Assembly: GCA_013239625.1 (NCBI GenBank)
Contig: MU053933.1
Location: forward strand, 1,883,026 to 1,947,025
Length of the DNA: 64,000 nt
Source of the DNA: Lama guanicoe
Lineage: Eukaryota
Direction: 5' to 3'
The first letter of the stretch is position 1. Each line of letters begins with the position of its first letter. Below the pieces are notes generated by a model. That model was given only the letters and a program-made list of their open reading frames with translations, made no database searches and was not told where the DNA came from. Both the position numbers and the translations under genes were made by a program. Shown piece by piece: positions 1 to 12,000 of this stretch.

Positions 1-82
1 TTTTGCTTTAGCTTTGGGTAAATAACTGTAAGTTTTGTCTAGCATTAAAATTCCAGAATTACTTGCTTTTTCTTTCCCACAG

Positions 83-3000
83 GACTTGTCCCATGCTACC
101 ATTGAAATGTATACGAGCATCGGGAGGATTCGATCTGCTAAGTTCGTTGGAAAGGATCTGGCAGAGTTTTACATGTAATTGAATTTGAACTTTGACTTGA
201 ATTTCAGACATTTCACATGTATGGTGAGAGGTTTCCTATGTGGGAGGAAACACGAGGTGTACGTAACTTTTAAAATGACAAATGTAAACTGTTCCCCAGT
301 CGTCATCATTTTCAAAGAAAATTTCTTTTGAAAGCCAGAGAGTTCAGCTTATTACCCTGAAGAGTTACTGATCTGCTTCTTTTATTGACTTAGTGAACTT
401 ACATAATCTCATATATGTAGGTAAGATATATATAATATTATCTGCAGTAAAATGTAGTGTTATTATGAAATCTAGAGAGCTGTGAGACAACTCGTATGAA
501 CCCACACCCAGTGGCAAGTCATGTGTGTCATGGATTCTCATGTGTTGCTGTGTAGCACTCTGTCTGGTTTCTGTCACACGCCTCCCAGGAGGATGGACAG
601 CCTCGAGGTCAGTGATGGGAAGCATGTGTGTGACCAGGTGAGTGCCAGGGCCGAGCTGTGACCGACGGGCAGCCGCTGGGTCCAGGCACTGTGAGCATTT
701 CCAGTCTGGCTCCCACTTCACAGTTGGGTTCCAGAGAAAAGACTCAAAATGTGGCCTGTTTCTCATGAGTGTGATGAAATCAGCCTGTCAAAGAGCAGAG
801 CCTGGCTGGCAGTGTACCTGCTGTTTCAGAGCACTGGGAAGGGAGGGAAATTGTGAGGGAAAGATGTTTAGGTTTTCTTAGAAGAAATGTGTGTTTGAAA
901 TGAAGTCTATCATTAGTAAAGTAACTTCATTAGATGGAGCAAGAAAGAATCATTTATTTTAAATGATCGAGGGGTCTGTGAAGAGGTAGATCCTCTAAGT
1001 GACCTTCCTCGTTTTCTAGATGTGGTTGCAGCAGGTAGCCAGCCACACAGCTAATCAGTGTCGGGGCTGGAGCCGGGCTCTCCCGAGCCCCCACCTGGTG
1101 CAGCTGAGGAGCGGTTATTAGCTAACAGAGCAAAGAAGCCACACCCTCAGGTGCTGGGAGTTGAGCCCACCCGAGGTGTGGAGCTGTGCTGCGAGGGCGC
1201 TGGCCTGCTAGGGAGACCTGGGCCCTGGTTCCAGCCTGACCGCAGACTGGCTGGGTGCCCCTCGGCCTGTGCCTCCAGGGGCTGGATGACAGAGGGTCTC
1301 CCTTCCAGCTCTGGAACGTTAAGAGTCTTTGGCTAGAGATGGTAACCAAAGAGGCAGTGACCCCTTTAAAGATAGGGGTGGGAGAGGCCCGTGGAAGTCT
1401 AGAAAAATCCATGCATGTAATTTGATAGGTTTGAAGTGCATTTGAGAATGTGGGAACGCTCGTTCCTTCCAGAGTAAGGTCATGAAGACTGGCTGTTTCC
1501 CGGGACGCCTGGCGAGCGAGGGCTGCTTAGTGTTGACCTCTGTAGCCCCGCGCTTGTTGGCCCTGGAAGTTTCTTTGGTACTTTTTGGAAAGGCCAGGGG
1601 ATCTGTATTGTCGCTGAAGCTTTGGAAAGTGCTCATTAACTGTGTTAAACTTTGTTTTATCCTGAACATCTTGAGGGTGTAAATTGGGACAGGGAAGATC
1701 TTTTGGGTGGTATGTATTGCTGTTTAAATTCTTCATGGTTCTCTGTAAATAAACCTGCTCAGTGCTATTTGTGGATCTCGGGCGCAACCCCGGCTCATGT
1801 CTCGGTGGGTCCACACAGGCTGCCCTGTGTCTCCTTGTGTGGGGCGTGGCACCGAGCCCAGAGTCCGTGGCTCCCTCCATAACTAGTTGTGCACCTGTGG
1901 ACAAACTCTTCACCTTCTTTTACACTGGGTGTTCCTGAGTCAGCGTGAAATAGTGAGTGGTGCCCTCACTTTCTTGTCTGGAGGCTCAGCTCCGAAAGCT
2001 CTCCGACTGACGTGTGATGCTGGGCAGACGGCGTGCGGGCCCGCACCCTGAGCGCACTTCCCAGGTCGCGCCATGTGTCCTGCTTTCACGTTCTGTCCCG
2101 TACAGGGGACTGCGCACCTGTGTCCGAGCGGGCTGTGAAGAGCGGAGGAGGGCGAGGCACGGAGGGCTGTGTCTGAGTCTGGCGCTTTTTATGACTCATA
2201 ATGAAAGCTTCTGTTTGTTGATTTGCAAGGAGGAAGAAGTCCCCACAAAAGGCAGAAGTCTATCTTCAGGGAGCGCTGAAGAATTACCTGGCTGAGGGCT
2301 GGGCCCTGCCTGTCACGCACACGAGGAAGCAGCTAGCCGAATGTCAGAAACGCCTCGGACAAATTGAGAAGTATCCTTTAAGTTGAACATGGTCGTGAAA
2401 TGGGAAAGTCACTTTCCGTTTGCGCAGCGGCAGCGCCCACGGCCGAGTGCTTGACAAGTACCTGATAGGATAGAAAAGCTGCTTGACGCACGGGCTCTGC
2501 TGGGTAGCAGGTGGCGCCCCGTCATTAGGTCTGACCTTGTAACCCAGAGCAGGGGCGCCCAGCGGGCTGCGCCGGGGCGGTGGGGGCTGCGCGCGGCTCC
2601 CGCAGCGTGGGGTCCTCTCAGGCCCCTTGACTGTCCACTCAGCTACCTGCAGACCAGCAGCCTCTTAGCCAGCGACTGTCACCTGACCGAGGAGGAGCGG
2701 GAGTCCTTCTGTAGGGAGATACTCAGCTTTGCCAGCCGGCAGACGGACAGCCCAGGTGAGGCGCAGGTTTACAACTGTTGTGTGAGAAATTTCACATTTT
2801 ATGGAGAAGTAGAAGGAGTAACGCAACGTGTATGTGACGTGTGCTGGCCACCTGAGCTCGGCAGCTGTTGACGTTCCGCTGTGTAGGGAACGGGCGTTGG
2901 GTATTCCTTCTTACTTTCTCCTTTTCGCTGGACTTCAGAGCCACTCCAGACCTCGTGTACCTCTTCACCCTGAGGCAGTTCAGCATCTTCTGAAAACAAG

Positions 3001-6000
3001 GGTGGTCCCCCAGCCACCCTGCCCAGGGAGCAGACAAGGTCTTGGCTTGGGCACCAGGCGCCCCCCTTCCAGTCTCCCTCGTTGTCTCAAAACATGTTTT
3101 CATGCTTTGTTTTGCGTTAGAATAGCCGGCCTCTTCCCGCCTGACCGGGGTCACGCACTGCATGGATTACGTCTCAGCTCTCCTCTAACGCGGAGCACCT
3201 CTTCCCTGTCTCCTTTTCTCCCTTTTCTCAAGGCTCTGGCCTTTTTAAACATAACAGCTTTATTGAGAGGGAATTCACATTTCCTGTAATTCACCTGTTT
3301 GTAGGGCATAGTTCAGTGGCTCTGGTGTATCACAGAGATGTCTGGCCATCACCACAGTCGGTTTTAGAACATTTTTATCACCCCGAAAGAAACCCCATAC
3401 TTACATCCACCCAGCTGCCTTCTGCCCTCCCCCCACCCCCCAGTCCCTGGGAACTACCGGTCTACTTTCTGTCTCTGTAGATGTTGGTTCTGGACATTTC
3501 ATGTAAGTGGAATCATACAGTTTGTGGGTTTTGTGCCTGGCTTCCTTCGTGCAGCAGTGTTTTCGGGATCCGCCTGCGTGGTGGCTTGTGTCAGTATTCC
3601 GTCCCTTCTCGTGACTATTCTGCTGTGTGGCTGGACCACACTGCTCCTTTCATCGGTGTGCGACATCTGGGCTGTAAGACGCCGACCTGTTAGAGACATC
3701 GAGCCAGTGTCTCCTAGGCTGTCCCAGCTTCTGAAGTTTGCTGAGTGTTTCCTTTTGGGGTGCCTGTCAGGAAGGCAGGTCTGAAGGGCAGAGCCCGGCC
3801 GGCCATCGCAGCAGACACAGATGCTGCTGCACAGCGGGCGAGGTTCATCGCAGTGCCGAGCCCCTCCTGTCTGCTTTATCAGGAGCGTTTGTTCAGAGCA
3901 GCTGCCGCCTCAGCTCCGGCCGCTGCGACCAAGCGCCACAGAGTGGGCGCTGGAAGAGCGGACGGCCCTCTCCTCACAGTTCTGGAGGCTGGCGTCTGAG
4001 GTCAGGGTGCCAGCAGGGCTGGCTCCTGGTGAGGCCTCTCTTCCTGGTTTGTCCTTCATAACAAGGAGTTGGGGAGTGGGGAGGGGATGGGAGGTGGGAG
4101 GAGAGGTGGAGAGACTTAGAGAGGGGGCTCTCTGCTGCCTCCTCGCAGGAGGGCAGGAGTCCCTCATGGCCTCCTCTAAACCTGACTGTCTCCCAGAGGC
4201 CCCACCTCCAAACTTAATAACATGGGGGGGCACTTCAGTCCATAGCAGTTACTAACTGCTTGAAAGCCAGTGCTTCCAGAGGTGGTGGCTGTGGGTTGAG
4301 GATCAGAGACCACGGGGGTGCGCTTCATCATGTTGGGCCCCCTGGACGGCTTCTCAGGCAGCATGGTACTGACAAGTCTGTCATTTAGAGTCTGCTGTGC
4401 ATAGACTGGCCATCGGGAGAGCTGTGTGCCACGTCAGCTGTGTGTGACGTGGGTGTGAGCTGGGGCAGGGGCACTCTTCTGCCTGCGGCCCGTGGCATCG
4501 CTGTGTGAATGCAGCATCCTGTGACCGTCCTGTGTCGGCTTGTGATGTCACAGTGTCCGTCTTGGCAGAGCACGCGGTTGACGTGCATTTAGCAAATACT
4601 CCCGGTCAGCCTGGGGGCCCGTGGGCTCCTAGACGCGCCAGCGCTCGCAGGAAGGACGGTGGAGGGTGCGGCCGGGCCTCCCCAACAGTGACCGTGGGCC
4701 AGCGGCTCGCTGCCCTCCTGGCTCCCCGCTCCAGCGGCTGCCTGGATGGGGTGGCGCACCCTGGGTTTATGTCCAGGTGTACAGGGAGATTCGGGCCTCT
4801 CCACTTGTGAATTTCTTTGTGTGGGTGGGAGTGTGGTGGGACTCCTTGGAACAGCTCTAGGAATCAGACTGTTTACAAATCTGGTTTTGAAACTGAGTTG
4901 TTAGTTGATCTGCTGTTGCTGGATCTGCTAAAAGAGAACTTAGAAACCTTAGTTTCTTCAGATTTTATGATTTTCAGGAGTTATGTAGGCATGTGTTTAT
5001 GCTTTTGACAAAGTGACTCTTTCAGTGTGTGAAGATGGCATGGGGTTGGGAGGTGCTAAGCCATCTCTTGTGCACCATTGCATCCTGCTTCTCAAGTAGC
5101 GGGTACTCCGGCCGGCCCGGCAGTGACTGAGGCCCCGCTGTCTCTGTGGCATCTGGAAGTGTGACTTGGGAAGTAAAACATGGCCCTTTGTGTTCCCAGG
5201 TCACAAGATAGTACTGCCCCTGCATTCTTTCGCACACCTGAGAGACCTCCGCTTCACCCCACCCAACGCTGTGGTCCACGTGGGAGGCGTTCTGTCCGTG
5301 GAGATAACTGTGTGCAGTCAGATGCCTGTCCCCGTCCAGGTGGAGCAGATCGCCATCCATGTCCACTTCAGCATCGAGAAGAACAACTACCGGAAGACTG
5401 CCGAGTGGCTCACTAAGCACAGGGCAGCCGGCGGACTGGTCAGCTTTCCCGCGGAGGCTGCGCCTTGCCCTGCACCGCAGAGCAGCCTGCCCGCGCTGGA
5501 GCTGTGTGAGATGTTCGAGAGAAGCCCTTCTGACAACTCCTTGAACACCACAGGGATTATATGCAAAAATGTTCACATGCTCCTGAGGAGGCAGGAGAGC
5601 GGGGCTGCTCTGGAAGCATCCACGGGCGTGGCCCTGGAGGACGGGGCCCACGTGCTGAAGTGCACCAGTGTGACCCTAGAACCAGGGGCCAATACCATAA
5701 CCTTCCAGACGCAGGTAGGCGCTGAGCCGGCCGTTGGTTTTAGAGATGGTCAGGAAGTGGGTGGCGCTCGCACAGTTGTCTGAAGGAGGGGAGGTCCTTC
5801 AGAGGCCTCTGTCCCCTAACCAGGCTTTGATCTTCTGAAAGAAAAACAGATGGATGTCTTGAAAAATTTTTCATACTAAAATCATTTGAAGGCAGCAGAT
5901 AAATTTTGAATGAAGTTCTTAACAGAGAATTATTTGTGTTCTCATTGGATTTAGTTAGACTTTTTCCCTTTTACCAAAATACACCCTCAGTTGTTAAAAT

Positions 6001-9000
6001 GAGGAGGTTTTAAAGAAGATAGCAGTTTCACGGTGAACCTCACTTTCCTTTTGTGGCTGTGTGGATGGCGCTGCAGTGGCTTCTGCCCCGCTCTGATGTG
6101 CTCTTTCTACAGTGCAGGTTGCTCTGTAAGCCCCAGTAACTGGAGAGGACTTGGCCGGCAGAAAGGGCAGCTATTTGCCCTGTGTGTTTTCAGTCGAGTC
6201 TTAAGTTTCATGCTGAGTGTCTCAGTTAAGGACCTTTTTCAGAAGAGAACGCCACAAATAAAGTTTACTAAATTTGAGTCAAATGTAAGCCTCAGTTACG
6301 CAGAAAACCACTGACTGAGAGATCCTGAGGGATCTGAGGAGCAGCCCGAGGGTGGACGTGGTAGCCCAGAGGCGGGAGAGGAGGGGGAGGAAGCCGTCCT
6401 CGCAGAGGCTGTGGCTCCGCCTTCCCTTAATTGAGCCAGGACTCACGGTCTTGCCCCCAGGCCAAGGAGCCCGGGACCTACACGCTGCGGCAGCTGTGCG
6501 CCTCGCTGGGCCCCGTGTGCTTCGTGCTCCCGCACATCCACCCCCCGGTGCAGTACGACGTGTACTCCCAGGAGCCGCAGCTGCGTGTGGAGCCGCTGGC
6601 CGGTGAGTGGGCCGCGCGGGCCGCGGGGGCGCTTTCCTGTCCGTGGGCCCCTCCACCCCGTTCCCAGGGAGCCCCGTGCGGCCGGGCTTCCTGCAGCGCC
6701 AGCCTTCCCGCCTTCCCGCCTTCCCAGAGCCGGCTTCTCTCTCAGGGGAATTTTGGGCAGCGACTGTGGCTCTTCTGTTCATCTGAATAATTGCTCTTCT
6801 GTAACTGCTACTTTCATGTTTAATAAATATTCTGCATCTGAAAATAAGAAAAATAAAAGCTAGACATCGGCTGATGTCTACTGCAGAGAATTTAGTAAGT
6901 AAATACACTTTCATGCCTAGAGCTCCATTTCAAAGGCAAAATGCTAGATTTAGTTATGGCCTGTACTCTGATCAGAAGTCTTCTTTCCAAGTGTTGATTA
7001 CACTCGACCCCCGGCCCCCGGCACGGCGTTTGGGAAACTCAAAGCTGCTGTCCTTTTTGTTAAGTCCTGAAATTAGTAGAAATCGCTGTAAGCAGCTTAG
7101 TGGAGGCGGCGTGGCCCTTGGCTGAAACACTAATGAGTGACTGGCTTGGTTGTTTTAGGCTGGAAACAATGTATTTATTTGCTTGTTTCTTCCATTTGGG
7201 GAAAGAAATGAAGGAAAGCTTTGTTTTTATTTAATCTCTCCAAACTCCCTATTTTTATGCTTTTAAACTTCTCCATGGCTACCTAGAAGGCCCTCAGATG
7301 CTGAAGACAGCAGTCAGTCTCTCAAATAATTTTCATCAGAGAATCTTCTGTGGGAAAGGCTAAGCTTCATGGCACTGAGGGCCTGGGAGATGTCGGCTCA
7401 CACCTCGCCCAGCTCCAAGCCCTTCCTCCTTTCTCTCGTCTGCTGATTGCTTCCTGTGTCTTCCCCCTTGCTGTCTTCCTTCTGCTGTCCCTGGAGTGGA
7501 TTCTCAGAAACCTCAGCCCACGCCTGCCCTCCGTTTCCATCTAGGAGAAGGCGGTGGCCCTGCCAGCTGTTTCTGAACCAAAGATGCAGAAGGCCTGACC
7601 GCAGAAGGCCAGGAAAAATCTGAATGGCAGCAGCTCATTGTTTTATTAGTTTTTTCTTTAGTGTCATCATCTGATTCTCTCGTGCTCTCTTTTTTTTGTG
7701 TGTGTATATATATATATATATATGTGTGTGTGTATTTTTTTTTTACTGATGTATCATCAACTTACAATGTTGTGTCAGTTTCTGGTGTACAGCATAATAC
7801 TTCAGTCATGCATGAACACACATATATTCGTTTTCATATTCTTTGTCACCATAGGTGATTCTTTCTTAATAACTAACCAGCAGGTAAATTTTGAGACCCT
7901 CATATGCACAGCTGCCACCATGATCTCTAACTCACCAAACCAAGGTGGTGATAAGACCCGTCAGGCTCACAGATTCTCTCGTTCCAGCGCGGGCCCCTTC
8001 AGCCCTGCAGTCCTGGTAACTGAGGCGAGAAGTGAAGGTGGACGGATGGAGACTGAGCGATTCATGGAGTACTTAAAGTGAACACATCTTCTCTTTGAAG
8101 AGACAGAGTGCTCTCTGAACTTACAGTGGGCCTTCTGTTGGTCCTTCTGGTTGACAGTGATGCTCATTGCTGTCCTTTTCCCTTTAGATAGCCTTTTGGC
8201 TGGTATTCCTCAGAAGGTCAAGTTCACTGTCACTACTGGCCATTATACTGTAAAAAACGGGGACAGCCTCCAGCTGAGCAACATAGAAGCCATGCTCATC
8301 CTGTGTCACGCGGAGAACAGAGCTGTGATCTATTCCAACACGAGAGGTGAGGCGGCAGCCACCTGGCAAAGGTGGACGCACCGTGAGGCTATAAGGAATG
8401 TCGTCCCTGCCGTCCACCTGAGGACGGCTTCTCCTTGCCGCTGTCTCACTGCGGCGTCCCACCTGTAGGGGACTGCGGCCCTGCCCACCCATGGGGCGTT
8501 GCATTCGAGGGCAGAGACGGAGAGCTGCGCACGTGCTCGGCTGGGGGCAGTGCTGGCCGTGCTGTGATCTCAGGAGGCTTGTGCTCCGTGGTGAGGCCCT
8601 GCTGGCCTCCAGCCTCCTTCCACACTCCCCAGCTCCCCTCGCCAGAAAGCAAAAGCAAATACGCTTTTTGAGATGCTGGTCGGGATCCCTGCGAAGTCCC
8701 ACCTGCCCCAGGCCCCAGCCCTGAGGATGGGGGCTGGAGGGCGGGAAGGACGCAGCTCCCTCTCTGAGTCGGGCTTGGTCCGAGCTGGTCCTGCAGCAGG
8801 GCGGAGTGGGAGCGTCACGGGGACACAGGCGGGTCAGGCCGGCCGTGTGTGAAAGGGGGACCCTTTCCTGTCTGCAGGCTGAGCACAGCAGCAGTCTGGG
8901 CCTCGACCAGACGGCTTCCAGGCAGCGCTGCTCTGCCGTGGGGGCTTCGCTCCCCTCCTCCCCACCGTGGCCCCGCCTAGACACCCCGGAGTTGGGCTGG

Positions 9001-12000
9001 CGGGTCGCTGCCGGGCCCATCGCCCGCCAGAGGAGAAAGGACAAGGAGACAGAGGAGTGTGCTGGGACTGACGTTTCTGTCTTTCCTAGAAAAGGCTTCT
9101 GACGCGGCGCTCCGGGTCCAGTCGTCTGACAAGGTCACGAGCATCAGTCTGCCGGCCGCCCCTGCCTACCACCTGATCGAGTTCGAACTGGACGTCCTCT
9201 CCTTACCTTCAGCTCCAGCAGCCGGAGGGGAGAGTGCTGTGCTGGGGACGACAGAGCCCCACTGGAAGCATCGGGACACACAGAAGGCCAGCCACAGCAT
9301 GGCTACCACGGACCACAGAGTAAGGAGGGCTGAGCCGCGAGCCTGTGGCGGCGGCCTCTGCCCGTCTGTGTGTTCTGAAAGGCAGTGCGTCCGGATGGCT
9401 TCTGTGGAGGGGGCGGATTTCCAGCTCCTGATTCCACCTGCTCTGGCTGGGTTCCGTGTTTACAGCTGTGGGTCAGCCCTTCTTAGATAAGGGGTACATC
9501 TTGCAAAGACACAGACGACCAGTCTGTTAACTTTTCTGTCCCAGCTCCGGAGGAGGGACAGGGTGTTGTCAGAGATCAGCGTTTGCTGAGAGGGCAGTGA
9601 GTGTGTCTCCGCCGTCCTTCTGTCCTGGTGATTAGGCCAGAGGCAGTTCTGTGTCTTGGTGTGCTTCGCTTTCTGCTCACTGAGACATCACATCACATAA
9701 AGCAGAGAAGAAGTACTGTCGTTTTCTGCCTTGGTGCTGGTGTTTACGGACAGCTACTTGAGAGATCCACAACTTTGGCCCCAGGTCCTCAGTCAGTCTC
9801 TCATAGAACGTGTCACTAGCATCATGCTTGTCTTGTAACACAGATACCAGTTCTGAGGGCTTTTGAACAGCCCAAGGGCAGAAGTGCGTCCTTGGGGCTT
9901 GAGATGGTTGTTGAACTGGGGAGAAGAATGGATGAAAACAGTGAGAACTTCAACAAAGAGATATGGAATATAAGAAGATAAACAAAATGTTGGGGAGGGC
10001 AGTAAAAATGTTGAGCTTCAGAATGAGATCAAAGTTAAGTTGTTATCGACTTAAAATAGACTGTTGCAGGTGTGAGTTGTTACACACAAGCCTAGTGGTG
10101 ACCACAGGGCAGAAGCCTACGGTGAGTACCTGGAAGATGGAGGAGTAGAAGCACCACTGGCGGCAGGCAGTGAATCACAGAGGGTGCGCAGGAGGCAGAG
10201 GGGCAGGGAGGGGCTGGAAACGGTGAACAGGTACCAGAATGGCAGTGAGCGCACGCCTGTCAGCAGTCACTTAAATGTAACTGCACCCACAAAGACGGGC
10301 CGAGTGACTAAAATGAAAACCAAGGCCCACCTATAAGCCACTCACCTCAGCGGGCAGGGTGCAGCTCAGTGGTAGGGCGCGTGCTCAGGACACACAAGGT
10401 CCTGGGCTCAACCCTAGTACCTCCATTAAAGAACTGTGTAAACCCAATCCCCCCTCAAAAGCCCCACATAATTAGAGGAAGGCTCATCAAATACTGTTTT
10501 AAAAAAGGAGACTCATTTTAGATGTAAGGATACACAAACTAAAGGTGAAGGGATGGAAAAAGATACTCCATGTAAGTGGGAATGAAACAAGCTGGAGTAA
10601 TTACACTTACATCAGCAGACAGACTTCAAGTCAAAGTGTAACAGACAAGGAAGGGAGTTATGCAGCGATCAAGGAGTCAGTTCAGTAAGAAAATACAACA
10701 TTTTAAGACATTTATGCATTCAGCATAGGAGCACCTAACATACAAAGCAGACACTAACATACCTCAGGGGAGACATACGTGCTGCTAAATTGGACAGCCC
10801 AGGAGAACTGGTTAGATTCCTAGGAACAGCCTGCCAAGACTGAGCCACGATGAAGTGGGCGATCTGAACAGGCCAGTTACTGGTAAGGAGATTGAATCAG
10901 TAATCAAACCCCCCCCCCAAACCAAAGTCCAGGACCAGATGGCTTCCCTGGTGAATTCCACTGAACGTTCAGAGGAGTACCAGTCCTTCTCAGACTCTCC
11001 CAGAAAACAGGAGGGCCAGCGTTGCCCTGATACCAAAACCAGACAAGGACGCCACAGGAGGTTACAGGCCAATATCCCCGGTGAGCATAGATACAGAAAT
11101 TCTCAACAGAACATCGGCAAGCCGAACTCAACAGTATGTGAAGAGGACGATACGCTGTGATCAGTGAGGTTTACTCCAGAGATGCAAGGGGGGTTCGACA
11201 CCCACCAGGCAGTGTGCCGTACTGCATTAACAGACTGAGGGGTAAAACCAGACGCCCTGTCAATAGATGCAGAAAACGCATTCGACAGAGTCCAGCGTCC
11301 ATTTATGGTAAATACTCAGCAAAGTCAGAAGAGAGGGAGCACGCCTCAACATCATAAAGGCCGTACGTGCTAAGCCCACAACCAGCACTGTGCTCAGCAG
11401 TGAAAAGCTGAAAGCTTTTCTAAGATCAGCAGCAAGATCAGGAACGAGACAGAAGGCCCACTCTTGCTGCTTGTTCAGCACAGTATTGGGAGTCTTAGAG
11501 CAATTATTCAAGAAAAATAAGTCATCCAACTTGGAAAGGAAGAAGTAAGACTCAGTATTTGCAGATGACATGATATTATATGTAGAAAACTCTGAAGACT
11601 CCAACAAAAACTGTTGGAATTAATAAACAAATTCAATAAAGTTGCAGGATATAAAACTAGTATGCAAAAATCTGTTGCATTTCTTTACACTGATAATGAA
11701 GTGTGAGAGACATTAAGAAAACAATCTTATTTTCAATTGCATCAAAAGAAAAAAAACCTAGGAATGAATTTAACCAAGGAAGTGAAAGACTTGTGTGTTG
11801 AAACCTAAATGACATGAGTGAAAGAAATAGAAGGAGTCACAAATAAGTGGAATGATATTCCATGCTCCTGGACTGGAAGAATCAGTATTCCCAAATCATG
11901 TATCTGATAAGTGGCTAAAACACAAAACGTGTAAAGCACTCACACAACTGAATAGCAAAACAAAATGTAATCTGATTTAAAAATGGGCAGGAGATCTGAA

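Noticed and set aside
6704-6726. (GCCTTCCC)x3, also (GGCCTC)n at ~32058-32084 and (GTTTT)n at ~24478-24508
   Set aside because: Ordinary short simple repeats with no spacers or higher-order structure.
10351-10425. tRNA-like sequence
   Set aside because: Degenerate stems with a SINE tail, inside an L1. It is a tRNA-derived SINE, not a tRNA gene.
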